A stretch of DNA of 64,000 nucleotides from Eledone cirrhosa (GCA_964016885.1 OZ024741.1:375658001-375722000), one strand, 5' to 3'; counted from the first letter of the stretch, positions 23,391 to 40,221 are shown. Made by a program: numbers and translations. The notes: a model not told the origin generated them from the sequence alone.

Positions 23391-23689
23391 GTGTGTATTT
23401 GAAATATAGCTATGAACACACATACAGATAAATACAATAAATACATACACAGAGATGGATATACATACACACATATGTATTGATATATGTAGATATGTAT
23501 CTATTTGTGTATGAATGTAAGTGTGACTTTATATATATGCTTGTGTATATATATAGCATACATGTATGTATGTATGCATTTATGTATCTATATAAAAATA
23601 CATAGATGTGAGTGTATATACCAGTGTATACATATTTTTCGCCCAATGAATTTCATTTATTGCCTCATGCCTTATAATGGGCTGTCTCT

Positions 23690-24400
23690 TTACCACTGCT
23701 AATATTTACCACAGACCTTATGGTAATATTTACCATGATGCTATCATAGCATTTACAACAGGTTTAAAGTAACAATTACCATATCCAGAGGGTAATATTT
23801 ACAAGAAACTTAGACTAAAACTTACTAGATAAACCCATGGTGAAGCTTACCGACACCTAGTGATAACACTTATCACGCTACAAGAGTAAAAATCTACCAC
23901 AAATTTGAGCATAACATTTAACTAAAACCTGGAAGTAGAAGATATAATTTGGGGGATAACATCTATCATAACTCTCTGTTGACAATTTCCGTAGTTTATG
24001 GGTAACATTTATTCACATTTCTAGGGTAACGTTTTACAACATTCCTAAAGTAATAACTACAATAGTCTGTGGATAATAGTTAACCTATCATTAGAATAAA
24101 ATTTACCACAGTTTGTGGGTAACATATACCTTTGGGTATCACATTTTTCGGAATCCTTGGTTACCCACAGATTTAGGGTAACTTTTCACCATACATCCAG
24201 AATAACATTTACCCCAATATAGGGTTACCACTTACCCCAATACAGGGTTGCCACTTACCACAATCTGAGAGTAACATTTATCTTATTCTGATGCTAAAAT
24301 TTACACCAAACCTAGGGGAACATTTTATTTCATTCTGACAGTAAAATTTTACCCTATACTTAGGGGAACATTTTCCCAAATCCAAGGGGAATATCTATTA
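23690..24400. repeat. Highly degenerate ~22-bp minisatellite (GGGTAACATTTACCACAAT-like)
   Basis: A gtaa[ct]atttacc-like core recurs about every 22 nt across ~700 bp. Confidence 0.75.
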
Positions 24401-25365
24401 ATGGTCCATAATACAAACCAGGCACTTCATTCATTCAGACACTACACTCAACTGATCTAAGACTCAGACACCACACTCAACTCATGTAATACTCAAACAC
24501 AAGGCTCAACTCATCTAACAGTAATACTCATTTAATAGGAAGAACCATATTCAAGTCATCCACAACAATCAACACACACAAAAGTATTTCAACATTACAC
24601 TCACTCAAACTATTCCATGCGGAACTGCCCCAAAGCATAGATAACTCAGCTACTCTCCTTCCAGTTGAGTTCAGGACACTTCATTGAGTTATACTCAACA
24701 CCTCGAGAATCAGTCTATCTGATGTTTCTCTTGAGCAAGAGTTCATATATTAACATTAATAACAACAACCAGACCAATGTCAACATAAATAATAACAATA
24801 ACAGTAACATCAACAACATAAGCATCCATAACAACAACAAACACTACAATTGCAGCATAAGCAACAATGACAACAACGACATAAGACAAACAGTCATAAC
24901 AACAGTAAGAATTACAACAACAATTACGATCCTATACATAATTTTCATGTATTTTTTTATTGTATCATAAATATGTATTCACAAAAAAAAAGCATTCCCC
25001 ACATCACCCTCCACCAATGAGCGTTCACAAAATCCACAAGTTCAAACTTGGTCAAAGGTATTATATATATTGTATCTTTAAGCAAGGTATTTTAATTTCT
25101 TCTTACCTCAGTACATCTAGCCTACAGCAAGTCACAAACTTGTCTTTGATTTATTAACTGAAAAAAGGAGTAAGCTGAAATCATTTTAGTAGTTACTCAA
25201 ACACTTGGGTTTTGCATATAGCCTTTGTCAATATATACATACATAAATTATTTGTGTGTGTATATATATGTGTGTGTATATATATGTGTGTGTATATATA
25301 CTATTTGACAGAGGTTGTGATATGCATACATACATACACACACACACATATATATATATATATAT

Positions 25366-25706
25366 GGAGGCACATGGCTTAGTGGTTAGAGCATTGGCCT
25401 TGCAATCGAAAGGTTGTGAGTTCAATTCTCAGACCGGGTGATGTGTTGTTTCCTTGAGCAAGACACTTTATTTCACATTGCTCCATTTTACTCAGCTGTA
25501 GAAATGAGATGATAGGAACTGGGGTCCCTATCATTCCACTGTAAAGTGGTCGTGGAGGTGCCATGGCAAAAAAAGCACCCAGCACTCACTGTAAATGAGG
25601 TTGGTGTTAGGAAGGGCATACAGCTTTAGAAATCAAGCCAGAATCAGTTCCTGTCCTACCCTTGCAAGCAGGGAAAAGCGGACATAAAATAATGATGATG
25701 ATGATG

Positions 25707-25708
<2 letters not shown>
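25366..25708 (+). mobile_element. tRNA/CORE-like SINE with RTE-type (GAT)n tail
   Basis: A-box TGGCTTAGTGG, B-box GAGTTCAATTC, CORE-like ccttgagcaagacacttta, and a 3' end cccttgcaagcagggaaaagcggacataaaa(tga)n shared with RTE LINE ends. Inserted in (TA)n. Confidence 0.9.
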
Positions 25709-25743
<35 letters not shown>

Positions 25744-25784
25744 CATACACACACATATATATATATATATAGGTATATTATATG

Positions 25785-25823
<39 letters not shown>

Positions 25824-26834
25824 ATATAGACACATCTATATAGTTTAGGCATATGATTGCTAAAATATTTCACATGGTTAATACTTTTATATATTAATCA
25901 CCAATAAAACTAATACAGCTTACTCTATTTTCAAACACATTGAGCACTTTATTTCGCATGAGATATATAGACAAATGGAAAGGGCCTCGTTGAATAATGT
26001 CTAATCCCTGGATTACCTATCTGCAGCTCAAGTATTTGCAGGGTATTTTATGGAAGACCAGCAGTATATGCAAATCTCCTCTCATGGTGTCCAAGACAAA
26101 GGCAAAGATTAATACAGCTTGGCATGAGTGTTGTTGCAACTCATTTTTCCATCTGAGTGAACTAGAGCAATGTGAAAATAGTGTCGAGCAGCGTGAAATA
26201 TAGGGTTATACTTAAGGACATAACTTGCTCCAGTATCGAAATCAAACTCATAAAATTATGATTATGAGCCGAGTATCTTAAATAATTAATCCGTGTATCT
26301 TCCCTACATGGGATATATATGTACCCAGTCTAGAATAGGTACACTGTATACATACATGTCTTAAGAAACAACTAAATGAGTTAGTGTCAGGAAGGGCATC
26401 TCTTTCGAAAACATTGTCTCAAAAAATCCTGTCCAACCCCTACTAGCATGGAAAAGCCATTGTAAAAACGATGTAATGATGATGATGTTGAGGATATATA
26501 TAAATATAAATATATAATTTCTGGAAAATAGTTTTTACATTCTTTCGATTCTTTGTTTTCTGTCAGATCAACAGCCTTTGCTAGGATTATGTAATTAGGG
26601 GTATGGTTTTTAGCAATGGTGGGTGTGTAACACCTCAAATGAAAACAACATGCTATGTAAAGCAAGGAAGAATCCAATAGTAAATTAATTGGGGAAGAAG
26701 AAGTTAAGAAATTATGTTAAGATCCTGTTTATTTCAGTAACACATACACATTTCTCTCCAGGCTTGCTGCTCCCCAAGGAGAAAGGAGTTGCATATCATA
26801 ACACACTAAAACGCTCATTATTAAATAAAGTAAG

Positions 26835-27020
26835 TCGGTGGATTGGCAGTATCGGTGGAGGGTTGAACGCCATGCTTTGCAGCATAGAATTATGGCCCTT
26901 TACGATCTCAAATCCCGCCAAAGTTGACTTTGCGTTTCATCCTTATGGGGTTGATAAAATAAAGTACCAGTAATGCACTGGGATAATTGTTGGCCTTGTG
27001 CCAAAAATAGAAACAATTAT
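26835..27020 (+). mobile_element. Meta-domain-like SINE
   Basis: Same consensus as 15122-15312. Confidence 0.8.
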
Positions 27021-27941
27021 TAAATAAAGTTTGTCCATTTCATGCAGTAAAGTGAACCTCTATATGGAACCTATTTCTAGCTAGATGTACTGAACCAATT
27101 TGATTTAAATACCATGGTCTGAGATGCAACACAGTGTTAGTGACAAAACACTCGAGTTGTTAGGATCCTTTGGCCAAGTTTAACTACCACCTATCCCTTT
27201 ATCAACATGGGAGATCTTTTTCTTTTATTTTACAATTCCCTTTCATTATTTGAACTCCCTTAGAATATTTTCTGCTGCAGACCAAAATATACTTTTTGCG
27301 CCAAAATTTGAAGAATGAAATTTGGTTTTAAACTGATTTTTAATTAGTATAGACAAACATAAATTAATATCAACTAATATAATCTGGTAGAATTTATCTG
27401 ACGATGACATCCTTGAAACGCATATGCCAAACAAACAAAAAAAGAACAAATTATAATAATTATGATGATAATTAAAATTAGAAACAAGGAAAGATGTCAG
27501 GTAATTATTAATAATAAAATATAAATAAAAATATTTAAAAAAAATAGGTGTATAACATGATGATGTTGACAATAATGATGATGATGATGATGATGATGAC
27601 TGAAATTCCAGCTAGTTCAGCCCCTCCACCTTCCCCCCAGCTGATATATTCAATTGTGAGAAAGAAAATATTTAATGTAGAGCTACACTGGAGGGTTTTA
27701 GGACATGTTTATGTACTGTTTTTTTTAAAAGGATTTTGTTTTTGTCTTTGATTTTGTTTGTTTTTGATAAATTGTCATTAATTTAAAAAAAAAACCATTT
27801 TGTTTTTGTTTGTTTTGGTTTCTGTTTGTAAATTATTATTACTTTATTTTGTTTTTTTCATTTTGTTCTTCCATTCATATGCTGAAATGTTTAATTTATT
27901 TGTTAATAATAATAATGAGGATGACAATGATGATGATGATA

Positions 27942-28000
<59 letters not shown>

Positions 28001-28084
28001 AAGATGAATATGATGATCATGATGCTGTGATGTTTATTGCTTGTACTGAAAATATTGTTTTAAAAAAATGTTAATCTTTTATGT

Positions 28085-28860
<776 letters not shown>

Positions 28861-29137
28861 ACATAAGAATTCGGAAATGAACTGGTGTATAACTAATCAT
28901 GCACGTTAAACATTACATGAATAAATAAAATAAGAAATGGCTGATTTAAACTTACAAAATTCCGTTCTTTATTTTATTTTGAAAATTTTAAAGTGAGGTT
29001 TTTTAAAGACATGTTGAGTGATGTTTAAGAGAAAAGTGTAAGAAAAAGTATTTGCAAAGTGAATCTATAAAATATTTGGAGTTATCTCCCTTGTTAGCTA
29101 ATTACTGAAAAAAAGTGTTTTTTACTCTAATCGTTGC

Positions 29138-29580
29138 CTTCTTCTTCTTCTTCTTCTTCTTCTTCTTCTTCTTCTTCTTCTTCTTCTTCTTCTTCTTCTT
29201 CTTCTTCTTCTTCTTCCTGAGGGGATCATGGGGGAAGAATTCTCAAACACTCCTTCAGAAGCAACCGTCTCCAACTGATCTGGCTGGATCCCCAAGCGAG
29301 ACCAGCCTGGGACTCCAGCCCTTTGGTTTTGCATGTAAAATTTGTCAAGCGATTCTTTCCCAATACATTCTAACCACATGTCCTTAGTATCAGAATTGTG
29401 ATCTCTAAATTCAGAGATCTATGATCTCCCAGCTACGCATTCAATCATTTAACCATTACTCAATCGTTACATTTAATCGTTACTCCAATGACGCTTTGGA
29501 GGAACCCCATTTTGGCTGCTTGTATTCAAGATTGCATTATTTCAGTCATTACCCAAGATTTATGACCATAGGTAAGGGTT
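29138..29580 (-). mobile_element. RTE-like LINE 3' fragment with long (GAA)n tail
   Basis: (CTT)n tract at 29138-29216, then decayed RT C-terminus on - (...QAAKMGFL..). Homologous to 3131-3483. Confidence 0.7.
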
Positions 29581-32500
29581 AATCGACACTCGTTCTCTCA
29601 AGGAAGCCTGTGCAGTGCACTCTAAATGTGAGTGGAGTTATGCTGAAGCAGGTGGAGCAGTTCTAGTATCTTGGGGTCATGTTCATGAGTGATGGCAGGC
29701 AGAAGGCTGAATTAAGTGCAAAAATTGCAGGAGCTGTTGGGAACAACAAAACAAAAGATGAAAAATCTATAATATATAAAAATATGAAACAAAATAAAGC
29801 TCTCCATAAACGTAAGGAAAAGAAAGGTTTACAACAACACACAACCAACGTTTTAAGGGCCATTTACCCTGAAAAATTTCATGGCTGGCTTCATACTCAT
29901 AATAGGTGTCTTTTTGAAGCATGTTTTATAGGCAGATGTCCTTCCTAACACCAAACCTTTTAGTTTCCTATTTCAACACACAGGGATATGGTGTACCAGT
30001 CTAATATGGTTATACACAGCAAAGAAAAAAGAAAGGTTTAAATAATGTTATTTCTATTTATAACGAGGCATAGCTAATTATGCATAATTAGTTAATAACA
30101 TGTGAGAGAGGAGATTACTTTCATTTGTGTTTTGCTCCTATTATCGATTCCTAATATCACAGAGCAAAAATAAAAAGTAAAAATGAATTAGAGTATAAGA
30201 CCTTTTGTAGCTAGAGTTTGTGCCAGTTGATTTTGCCTATACCCCAAAAAATTCTGTCTTGGGTGTATTGCTTCAGCAACTTGGCCCCTGTAATTACACT
30301 ATTAATTATAAATTACTGAGTGGCTGAATATTCCATGGATGCATGTACCCTTAATGTAATCCTCAATGAAATTTGGCATGACACTGCATGTGACAAAACC
30401 CTGTTTGCAAGAAAGGAGCAGACTATCTTTTGGGCTACAACATACTTTTTGTGTATCCAATTTCCCTGACAAGGCTTGGGTCAACTGAAGGTTATAGTAA
30501 AAGATATATTGCCCAAGATTCCATACAATGGGATTGAACCCAATACCTCATGATTACAAACTTAGCATCAAAACCATCTGACCATATCTGTGTCCAGGAA
30601 TGTATTCTTCATTTCATCATTACTTTTGACAAGATACCCCTTAATTTTTTTATGAATAAACATTATTTTTGCTTGACTAATTAATAGTGACCCTATATTT
30701 CTTATGTTGAAAGGTTGGTGAAAAGCGAGATATTGTGATGTTCATACTTTTTGCAAAGACAGTAAATGAATAGATGAAGGAGAATTTAGCCAGACCAGGG
30801 AATCTAAAACAAGTTGTGAACTCAACTAGCCAAAACTTAACCTCTTGTTTTATATCACTCAACATTTCTTTATGAATAAATATTATTCTCCCAGTTAACC
30901 TGGTCTGAATGTTTATATATAAAGAAACATAATAAACACTTTCAGCAATGGCAGAATTGTACTAATATCAAAGAAGATAATCACAAACACTTCAACACTT
31001 CTTAACCTCTTCAGTCATTTGTGTGAATTGTCTCAGACTAACATATTTGTAATTGTAATTATTCTATTCTATATTTGAACCACAGTTTAATATATTGCAC
31101 TTGTTCTTGAGCAAGATATTCATCTCTCCTTTCTTAAGAAATATGAGTGATTGGATAAATTTCAGCTTCATGGTTGTTATTGTTGTTGTTACTCTAGTAA
31201 GTGATGTATCTACAATTTAAAGGCCTGGTGCTTGAACTGTTATGTGAATCACTTTGCAATCTGAAAGGGCCTCAGGAACTGCCCCAAAGCTGCCCCTCTG
31301 GATAGTAGGGGTCTTGAATTGAAGCTTCATTAGTTTCATAATATATCCATAATTGGATCCAAATCAACCCTACTTGAAAGGACCTATGTTACATAAGTAA
31401 TCATCCAATGGACTTGGGTGGAATCCATAGATTACATGTTTCTGTTATATCATTACACAAACCTGTGGAGGATGATACTGCAGATTCTAATATGCAGAGG
31501 CTACTTGTATGTCATGCAGCTTGTGAGTTTGGTCTGTTTCTAAATGTAGATCTATGATCAAGATCACTAGCTCTCCAGCTATGTCCATTCTATTCCATCA
31601 TTTTAGGAGTACTTATGACTATTATTATCTAATGTGTCATTCTCGAGTTTTAGTTGAGGAAGATTTGGCTGCTACTACTAACAGTCTGAATTACCACATG
31701 GAAGCTTTTCTTTTTGGCTTGTCTATAGAATGCTGTGGTGTCCACAATGGAGGTGGTGTATATGATAAGTGAGCCCCAACATTGATGTCATGACATTTAT
31801 ATATATATATATATATGTGTATGTATGTATGTATGTATATATGTATGTATGTATATAGTCTGTCTCTTCTTTTCATCTGATACAGTTGGTAAATTGTGTT
31901 AGTTATGTGACTATCTGTAATCAGAAGTATCCGACCAAGGGTGATGACTCATGGTGTGTGGGGATAGGGAAAGATGTGATAATCAGGTCATTAACAAATA
32001 TGTAAAACAGCTGAACCTTGGTTATTTACACACTATGTCAAGAATTTACTACACACACACATACACACACACACACACACACACAAAGAAACACGCTACA
32101 AAGACCACTTTCCTACACACTGATATATAAAAGATGAAATAGACTCTGTTGGGAGTGTATACACACACATATATATATATATATAAATATATATATGCAT
32201 GTGTATGTGTGTGTGTGTGTCTGTGGTGTGTGTGAGTGTGTGTGATGTGTGTGTGTGTGTGTGTGTGTGTGTGCTTGTGTAAAGGCGTGCGTGTATGTTT
32301 GCGAACTCGCACTGATCAATTGGCAGAGTAAACATTTCCCAAAACGAGATGATATAAATCTTGATAAAACTCATTTACAACATTAAAATATTGTATTTAA
32401 AAAAAAACAGACACAAGGGAAGCTACTCTGAGTCGGTGGAGTGTCAAACAATCAACCTTGATAGAGTTAATTGCGCCCCTTTAGATATTTATTAGAATTG

Positions 32501-32655
32501 TGTTGGGGTCAATTTTAACATCTTATCTAACATTGGTTGCTAAAATACTGTATCAGTTAAGTACTAGAATCGATTTGAAGGAAATCGCTTTCCTACCAAG
32601 AATTATGGATTTCTCTCTTTGTCAAAAACCAACATTATCATAAACACTTGCTAAG

Positions 32656-32779
<124 letters not shown>

Positions 32780-33859
32780 TTATCCAAATTAATCCAGATT
32801 ATCTCCCTGGAATAGGTATCGTAATATATCTTATGAAATGAGGATTAACAGCTAAACCTAACATTTCCTGTGTATTCAACCATATCCTCAGTTTGAAATT
32901 AAAATGAAAATTATGATAGTTTCTCTCAAGGTGAACAGAAATTAGTAGAAAGAGAAGCTGAATTTACAACATCATTTAAATTTTACAACTTTAAAGACAA
33001 AAAATTCGAAAGATGCCTCCCCATTTACATCCAAGAACAAAGAAATGATTCTTACAGTAAACACACTTAATTCTTAACATAATTATGTATCACATGAAAT
33101 CCTTATGTGATTTCATGTCGTACAGAATGATAGGAAATATTCAAAACATTCTAGGAAAGTATAAAACAGCACTACAATTAATTACATCTCACTAAATACT
33201 TTAATACCCCAAATTTTCACTACAATCTGCCAACGAATAAAGGTTCTATAAGCATTTGAATTAACAAACCTATTTTCAAATATTTTCTACATTACAGGAA
33301 GTTAAAAGTTAATATAATTGTAAGTGTTTATGATAAACCTGTTACTGGCTTTAAAAATTCTCTCACAATTAAATAAAGTCTGCCCAAATCCCAGAGGCTC
33401 ACCAGACCTGAGCTTATTCTAGTTTCTTTGATGTTTAAGCAACTAAGAATATAATTTGAAAGCGGCAAAGATTCTTTAATTTTTTTTTTTAGATGTATAA
33501 ATCTACCATGTGTGGTTTTAATTGGTAAGAAGATAGAGTTGGAGGAAAATAGTTTTGGAAAGATGATTCTCACAAATATATATAATTACAGCTCTATCTA
33601 ACCTATACAAGCATGTATATTGTGTATATTTTTCTTCATTTTATTTATTTTGTTGTTTGTTTATTTATTTACTTGTTTGTTGATGTTATTCTTTTCTTTT
33701 GTTAAACTGTTATTCTGTTATTCTGCTAATGAAGCAATTATTTCATCAATGCTAACTTTTACATTCTGCCACGATTGCTTTAATATTATTTCCTTGATGT
33801 CTACTACTCCCCCATGGACCACATAGAAACCAGAGTGGATGGGGAGGGGCAGCACAGCC

Positions 33860-34087
33860 AATAGCACCACCAGCACCACCACCACCAACAACAACTACAC
33901 TACTACCTCCATCACCACCACCACCACCACCACCGACAACAACAACAACAAAAACAACAAAAACAACCACACTGCCACCACCACCAATAACAACATTAAC
34001 ACCAACACCACCAACAACAAAACAGCCATAACCATAATAACCATTACCATTGCTATCATCATTATAATTGTCATCACTCCACCATCG

Positions 34088-34122
<35 letters not shown>

Positions 34123-34195
34123 CCACTACCACAGCATCATCATTATCCTAATTATCGTTGTTATCATCATCATCATTGTTGTCATCATCATTGAC
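33860..34195. repeat. Compound trinucleotide tract (ACC/AAC/ATC)
   Basis: Direct reading. Confidence 0.85.
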
Positions 34196-37112
34196 TAGCC
34201 TAATATCTTCATAAGCTTATCTCTTTGCAATATACATGCACGCATGCACACACAAACACACATATGCATGCATGCACACATTCAATCATGCATATATACA
34301 TCGTTAAACTGACATGCCCTTGGCACATATCATAAATACTTACCCTTTGGTGATGAAGCAATAACTCATTAAGAGTTTCAAAATATTTTCATATATATAT
34401 GTATATATATATATATATATGTATGTATTTATATATAAGTTTTTGCTCTACAGTTAGGTTTTTACAATATGTGTATATCTCAATATGTGTGTAGGTGTGT
34501 AGGTATGAAAATATATGTATAAATTCCGTTAAGTCATAAACCCTTTGAAATGTTGTATAACTAACCTCTCCACTTCATATTCTGTGTTTTTCATACTCTT
34601 TCTCCCAGTCCCTGAATCATGAAACATTTTTATCCTTTGCCCGCCCTCTATTATCTCTTTCTTTGACCCAACCCCAGAGTTAACAATGCACCTTTACACA
34701 GTCATAATATGAAAAAAAGAAAAAAACTGAAGAGAAAAAGAAAACTGAAAAACTAAAAACTGCTGCTGCTATTGTCAGATATCTTAATCCAGTATATGGT
34801 CTTGCTATTGTGGACATTATCAATCACAGATCTTCCATTAGAACCCCACTATTAAAATCCAATCAGCAATTAATTCAGGCTTTATGAACCCTCAGATCTT
34901 TTGACATCAATCACAGATCTTACATTAAAGGGAACCAATATTTATCATGAGGCCAAATTTATCTACTGTAGGCCTTATCAAGCTACAGGCCCAGTGATAT
35001 CTGAGACCATATAAATCACAGATCTTCCATTAGAAGGACCACTATTTATCAACCTCTAGGTCTAGTAATATGTGAGTTCTTATTAAAAAAAACTTGTTTC
35101 TATTGGGGGCATCAACGTTTTAAGATTTTTTACATGAGTCTTGTTTCTGCACAGATTTAATCTGATGCTTACAAGTTCATTGTTGATGCTCACATCTTGT
35201 TCTTCAGGTCAATATTTATTATGTTTATTGACACCGAATTATGAATACTAGGGTTAATATTATTCTAGATCGTGTGATGCTGGTTCTCATTGAAAAAAAA
35301 AAAAAAAAAGATCTGGACCCTAGTTTTACACTGACTTTGCTATCAGTTCAATATAGATATGTGGGAATTGGGTCTGATCAAGTACTCTCTAGAAATACTA
35401 AAATGCTCGTCCATAGCTTCCCTAAAGTGAATGGAATAATGAGAAAGAAGGGCAAAGTATTTGAAATGATTGTTTTATAAAAAAATCTATCCCCAATTTG
35501 GTTTATATTGATTGGGAATATATGTCCCTGGAAGGGAGAAATGTTTTAAGTGTTGTGTGTCTGTGATATACAGAGAGAGAGGGAGTGGGTGGGGTATGCA
35601 TGGAGGGACAAAGAAGGTGAATGAAAGAGAGAAAGAGAGAGAGAGAGTGAGAGATGGAGTGGGAGATGGAGAGACAAAGAAGGTGAATGGAAGAAAGAGA
35701 GGGGTGGGAGATGGATATACAAAAAAGGTGAATGGAAGAAAGAAAGAGAAAGAGAAAGAGAAAGAGAACAGAGATGTGTTATATTTGATATACTTTATCA
35801 ATTAGTTTATCTTTGTTAATCTGAAGTCATTACTGATTTTAATAATAACAGATATCGTAGAGTGCCCCATCAGATGAAATGATTTGGTGGTATTTAGTTA
35901 TGTCCCTGAATGTTCTAAGTTCAAATCCTGCCAGGGTCAAATTTGCTTTTCATCCTTCCAAAAAAATAAGTACCAGTAATATACTAAGGAGAAAATTATC
36001 TGAGTCTTACCCTGAGCTCAATCCATCTGAGGTCAACTTTGCTTTTAATCCTTCCAAAGCCAATAAGCATTGTTGGATTAACTATTATCCAAAACAAACA
36101 TATGCTTAGGGCTTTAAGTAAGGAAGGGCCCCATTGAGTTTTTCCAGTACTGTATGTGGGAGTTGTTTTTTCCATATGCAGTATATGAAGGTACAATAAT
36201 TTTTTCAGTGCTTAGGCTTCTAAATGTTTTAATCCAGCCATATCAATAAGGAAACAGGGCCTAATCATAATAGAACTACCTCTCCACCTCACCCCTAATG
36301 TCAGACAGGACAATGCATCGATTAAAGCAACATCTTTGTCCTGTCATTATGAATCAAAGCAAAATACAGATCCTGAATTATAAGTGGATAAATGCTAGGG
36401 CAAGAAAAAAATAAATACCAGTGATGTAATTAACTAAAGCCTTTTTTTCAAATCTTTCCTGTGGGATATATTAAGTAGTAGTCAAACCCATGCTAGCATG
36501 GAAAAATGGACGTAAAATGGTGAGGATGACCACTGGGTAATGCACTGGGTCGATTTAATCGACTTTCCCCTCCCCCAAAATTGCTGGCCTTGTGCCTAAA
36601 TTAGAAACAATTATTATTATTATTGATTGACTTATTAGTTTTACTCTTTTACTGATAATAATAAGATTGAGAATTAAATTGTTCTGCTAAGATTAATTCG
36701 ATAAGAGAAAAATGAGAGAGACAGAGGGAGAAATAGAGAGGGTGCTAGTGAACAAGAGAGTGTGTGCTAGTGAACGAGAGAGTGTGTGCTAGTGAATGAG
36801 AGAATGTGTGAGAGAGAGTGAGTGAGAAACAGTGGGATTATCCCCCACCCTATAAAATATACCTTTAAACAGGAATTTACTCCTATATTGACACAATATT
36901 TCAATATATGGCATTTTAAAAAGCCCAAACTTAGTTACCTTTTTACCATTTTTTACTTGTTTTTTTTTTAAACCTCACCTTAAAGATATTTCTTAACTTT
37001 ATTTCTGGTCGTGTGTAGCAGACAACTGTATTTCAGGATGGGCATAGTTTCATTTTTTTTTTTTTTCACTTCTTTGAATTAAAATAATCGAGCATGGCTA
37101 GTACCCTAAGGT

Positions 37113-37775
<663 letters not shown>

Positions 37776-38570
37776 AGTCAAGAAATGTCTTAAATATATT
37801 TTCCTGTATTTTTCTTCTCAATTCTGAGATGCTTCCATCTTTTTTTACAAACTTGAAACCAGTTTCAACTATTTAGCTTCCACACCATATATATATATTA
37901 ACATATTAGTTGTTGTTATTGTTGTTATTTAGCTCCAAATCAATCCAACTTAAGGAAACCTATGATCAAATCAAAAGTGTTCCAGCCATGACCAATCCTA
38001 CTTTTTTCTACTTAGTTTATGTTATAGACCTGCACTGTCCCAGAATAGTCATAACTATATAGCTTATACTATAGAACTACAACGTTCCAGTTTGGCCATA
38101 ACTGCATTGTTTATTCTATGAACCTGCTATGCTCTAGCATGGTCATAATTTATACTTCAGAACTTCTTCACTGTTCTAGCATGGGCATAATCCTATGGTT
38201 TAGACTACAGATCTACAATAATTTAATTTTCATAATTGTCATAATTTAATTTTCAAATAATGAGCCTAATACTATCCATTGAGATATGCATTAATGCCCC
38301 TTAATCTTAATAATTTCCCTTCCTCTTCATGCTTATTGAGACCATATTTCGATGGACATGTTATTTATTTTAATTAATTATCATAGAATTTTGAGGGTTT
38401 TACTAAAATTATTAATTATTTCACTATTAAGATAGTAACACAATATATGGTTTTTATATAAAATTAAGTGGGAAGATTTAAATTCAAATAGGAACACTTT
38501 AAAATGGGAGGTTTTGTTTTATGGAACCAGAGCAGGTTGGTATCAAAATAGTTTTAAAAATCTTACCACA

Positions 38571-38722
38571 ATAATAATAATAATGAAATTATTGTGTAAA
38601 GTGCTCAGGTGCACTACAACTCGTCAAAGGTGCATGTATAGTACATAGAATAATATACAAATGTCAGGGAAGTGAATAGTGTATGAGTCATGATATACAT
38701 GTGTGTTGATATACATGCGTGT
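38571..38722 (-). mobile_element. 3' tail of CR1/L2-type LINE
   Basis: Reverse complement of 46740-46880 (gtgctcaggtgcactacaactcgtcaaaggtgcatg) with a (TTA)n tail. Confidence 0.75.
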
Positions 38723-38824
38723 TGAAGTAGTCTTTTTATATATTGAACTTCTCACCTTAAATTAGTGTTCTTGAGAAAGGCATCAACATCACAAAATCTC
38801 ATTTTTTCTTTTGTATATGCAGAT

Positions 38825-39265
38825 GGGGAGTCATTAGAACATTAGACAAAATGTCTTACAATATTTGTTAAGGCTCTAGTGTGGTGGATTAGCACCAGAC
38901 AACATGCTTTCCAACATATTGTTACATCTCTAGATGTGCTGAGTTTAAATTCTGCCGAGGTTAGATTTGATTTTCATCCTTATGGGGTCAGTAAAATAAA
39001 GTACCAGTAATGTACTGTAGTTGATTTAATCGACATTCCTTTCCAAAAAGATTGAAGCCTTGTGTCTAAATCAGAAACCAATATTTGCTTCGACTCTCTA
39101 CACTGTGAGTTAAAATTTCACCAAGGTCACTTTTATCTTTTATCCTTTTAATTTTGATAAAATAAAGTACCAGTACAGGGCAAGTGGATTGGTGAAATTC
39201 TAAGACGATTGATCAGCATTGATCCTTGTAGTATTTGTTCTGACATTTTGCATTCTGAGTTCTAA
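38825..39265 (+). mobile_element. Cluster of decayed Meta-domain-like SINEs
   Basis: Repeated ctgagtt.aaat...tttcatcct...aaaataaagtaccagt blocks. Confidence 0.6.
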
Positions 39266-39817
39266 GGCTGTTGCCTACTTCAATGGTAGACTTAATGCAT
39301 CACCTTTTTTAATACCACCATATGACTGACCCTTAGGTGCCACTGTTGGAAGTGTTTAGACTAGATCTCTAGTTGAAGATAACTCCCTCCATCCTTCCTA
39401 CCAGTCTTGGGTACTGCCCTTCCCCTTCTGACTAAACAGTAAATAAATGAATAAATATATAAACCTGATGTCTTCTGTGCATGTAAGTAATTATTCAATC
39501 TGCTAAGAAACAGTAATAATAACAACAACAACAACACTAATATTCTGGTTAAAGTATAACTTAATAAATATTAAAACAATATTTCATAGTTATCTATGAT
39601 TAAAAATATAGGAATTCATTCATGGTTCCCAAAGAGGCTATTTTTTTTCATCACCAAATTTTTAACCTCTTCATTAAACTTAACTTTTTTACACATCTTT
39701 TTAATAGAATTTTAACTATTTTCTCTAATTGTTTTTATCTGTCTTTGCAAACATCGATAAAACAAAGCTCAAACGAAAATAGAAACAACTAAAATGAAAA
39801 GAAGAACAACAGTAAAA

Positions 39818-39882
<65 letters not shown>

Positions 39883-40221
39883 TTCTTTATTATTGGCCAC
39901 AAAGGCTGAACATAGAGGACAATACAAATAATAATGATAATAATAATGATAATAATAATAGCAATCATAATCATGACAACAATAACAACAATAATAATAA
40001 AAATAAAATTACTGATTCTATGTGCTTTCGCTTGTTATTTTCTTTTTCTTCTTTTGCTTGCATTGTTGTCTATTTTTCCCTAAATAATTTTGTCTGTGTG
40101 TTAATACTTCTTAAATATTGTGTTTGGAAAAGTTCTGAATTAGTTAGTAGCAGTGAGAGAGCGAACTGATAAAGGACCAGGACCACATGTAAGGAGTGAT
40201 GTATAGTTATAGCAAAATATA

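Noticed and set aside
25366-25440. Possible tRNA gene
   Set aside because: It is the tRNA-derived head of a SINE, continuing into the CORE-like body and LINE tail, with no proper acceptor stem or terminator.
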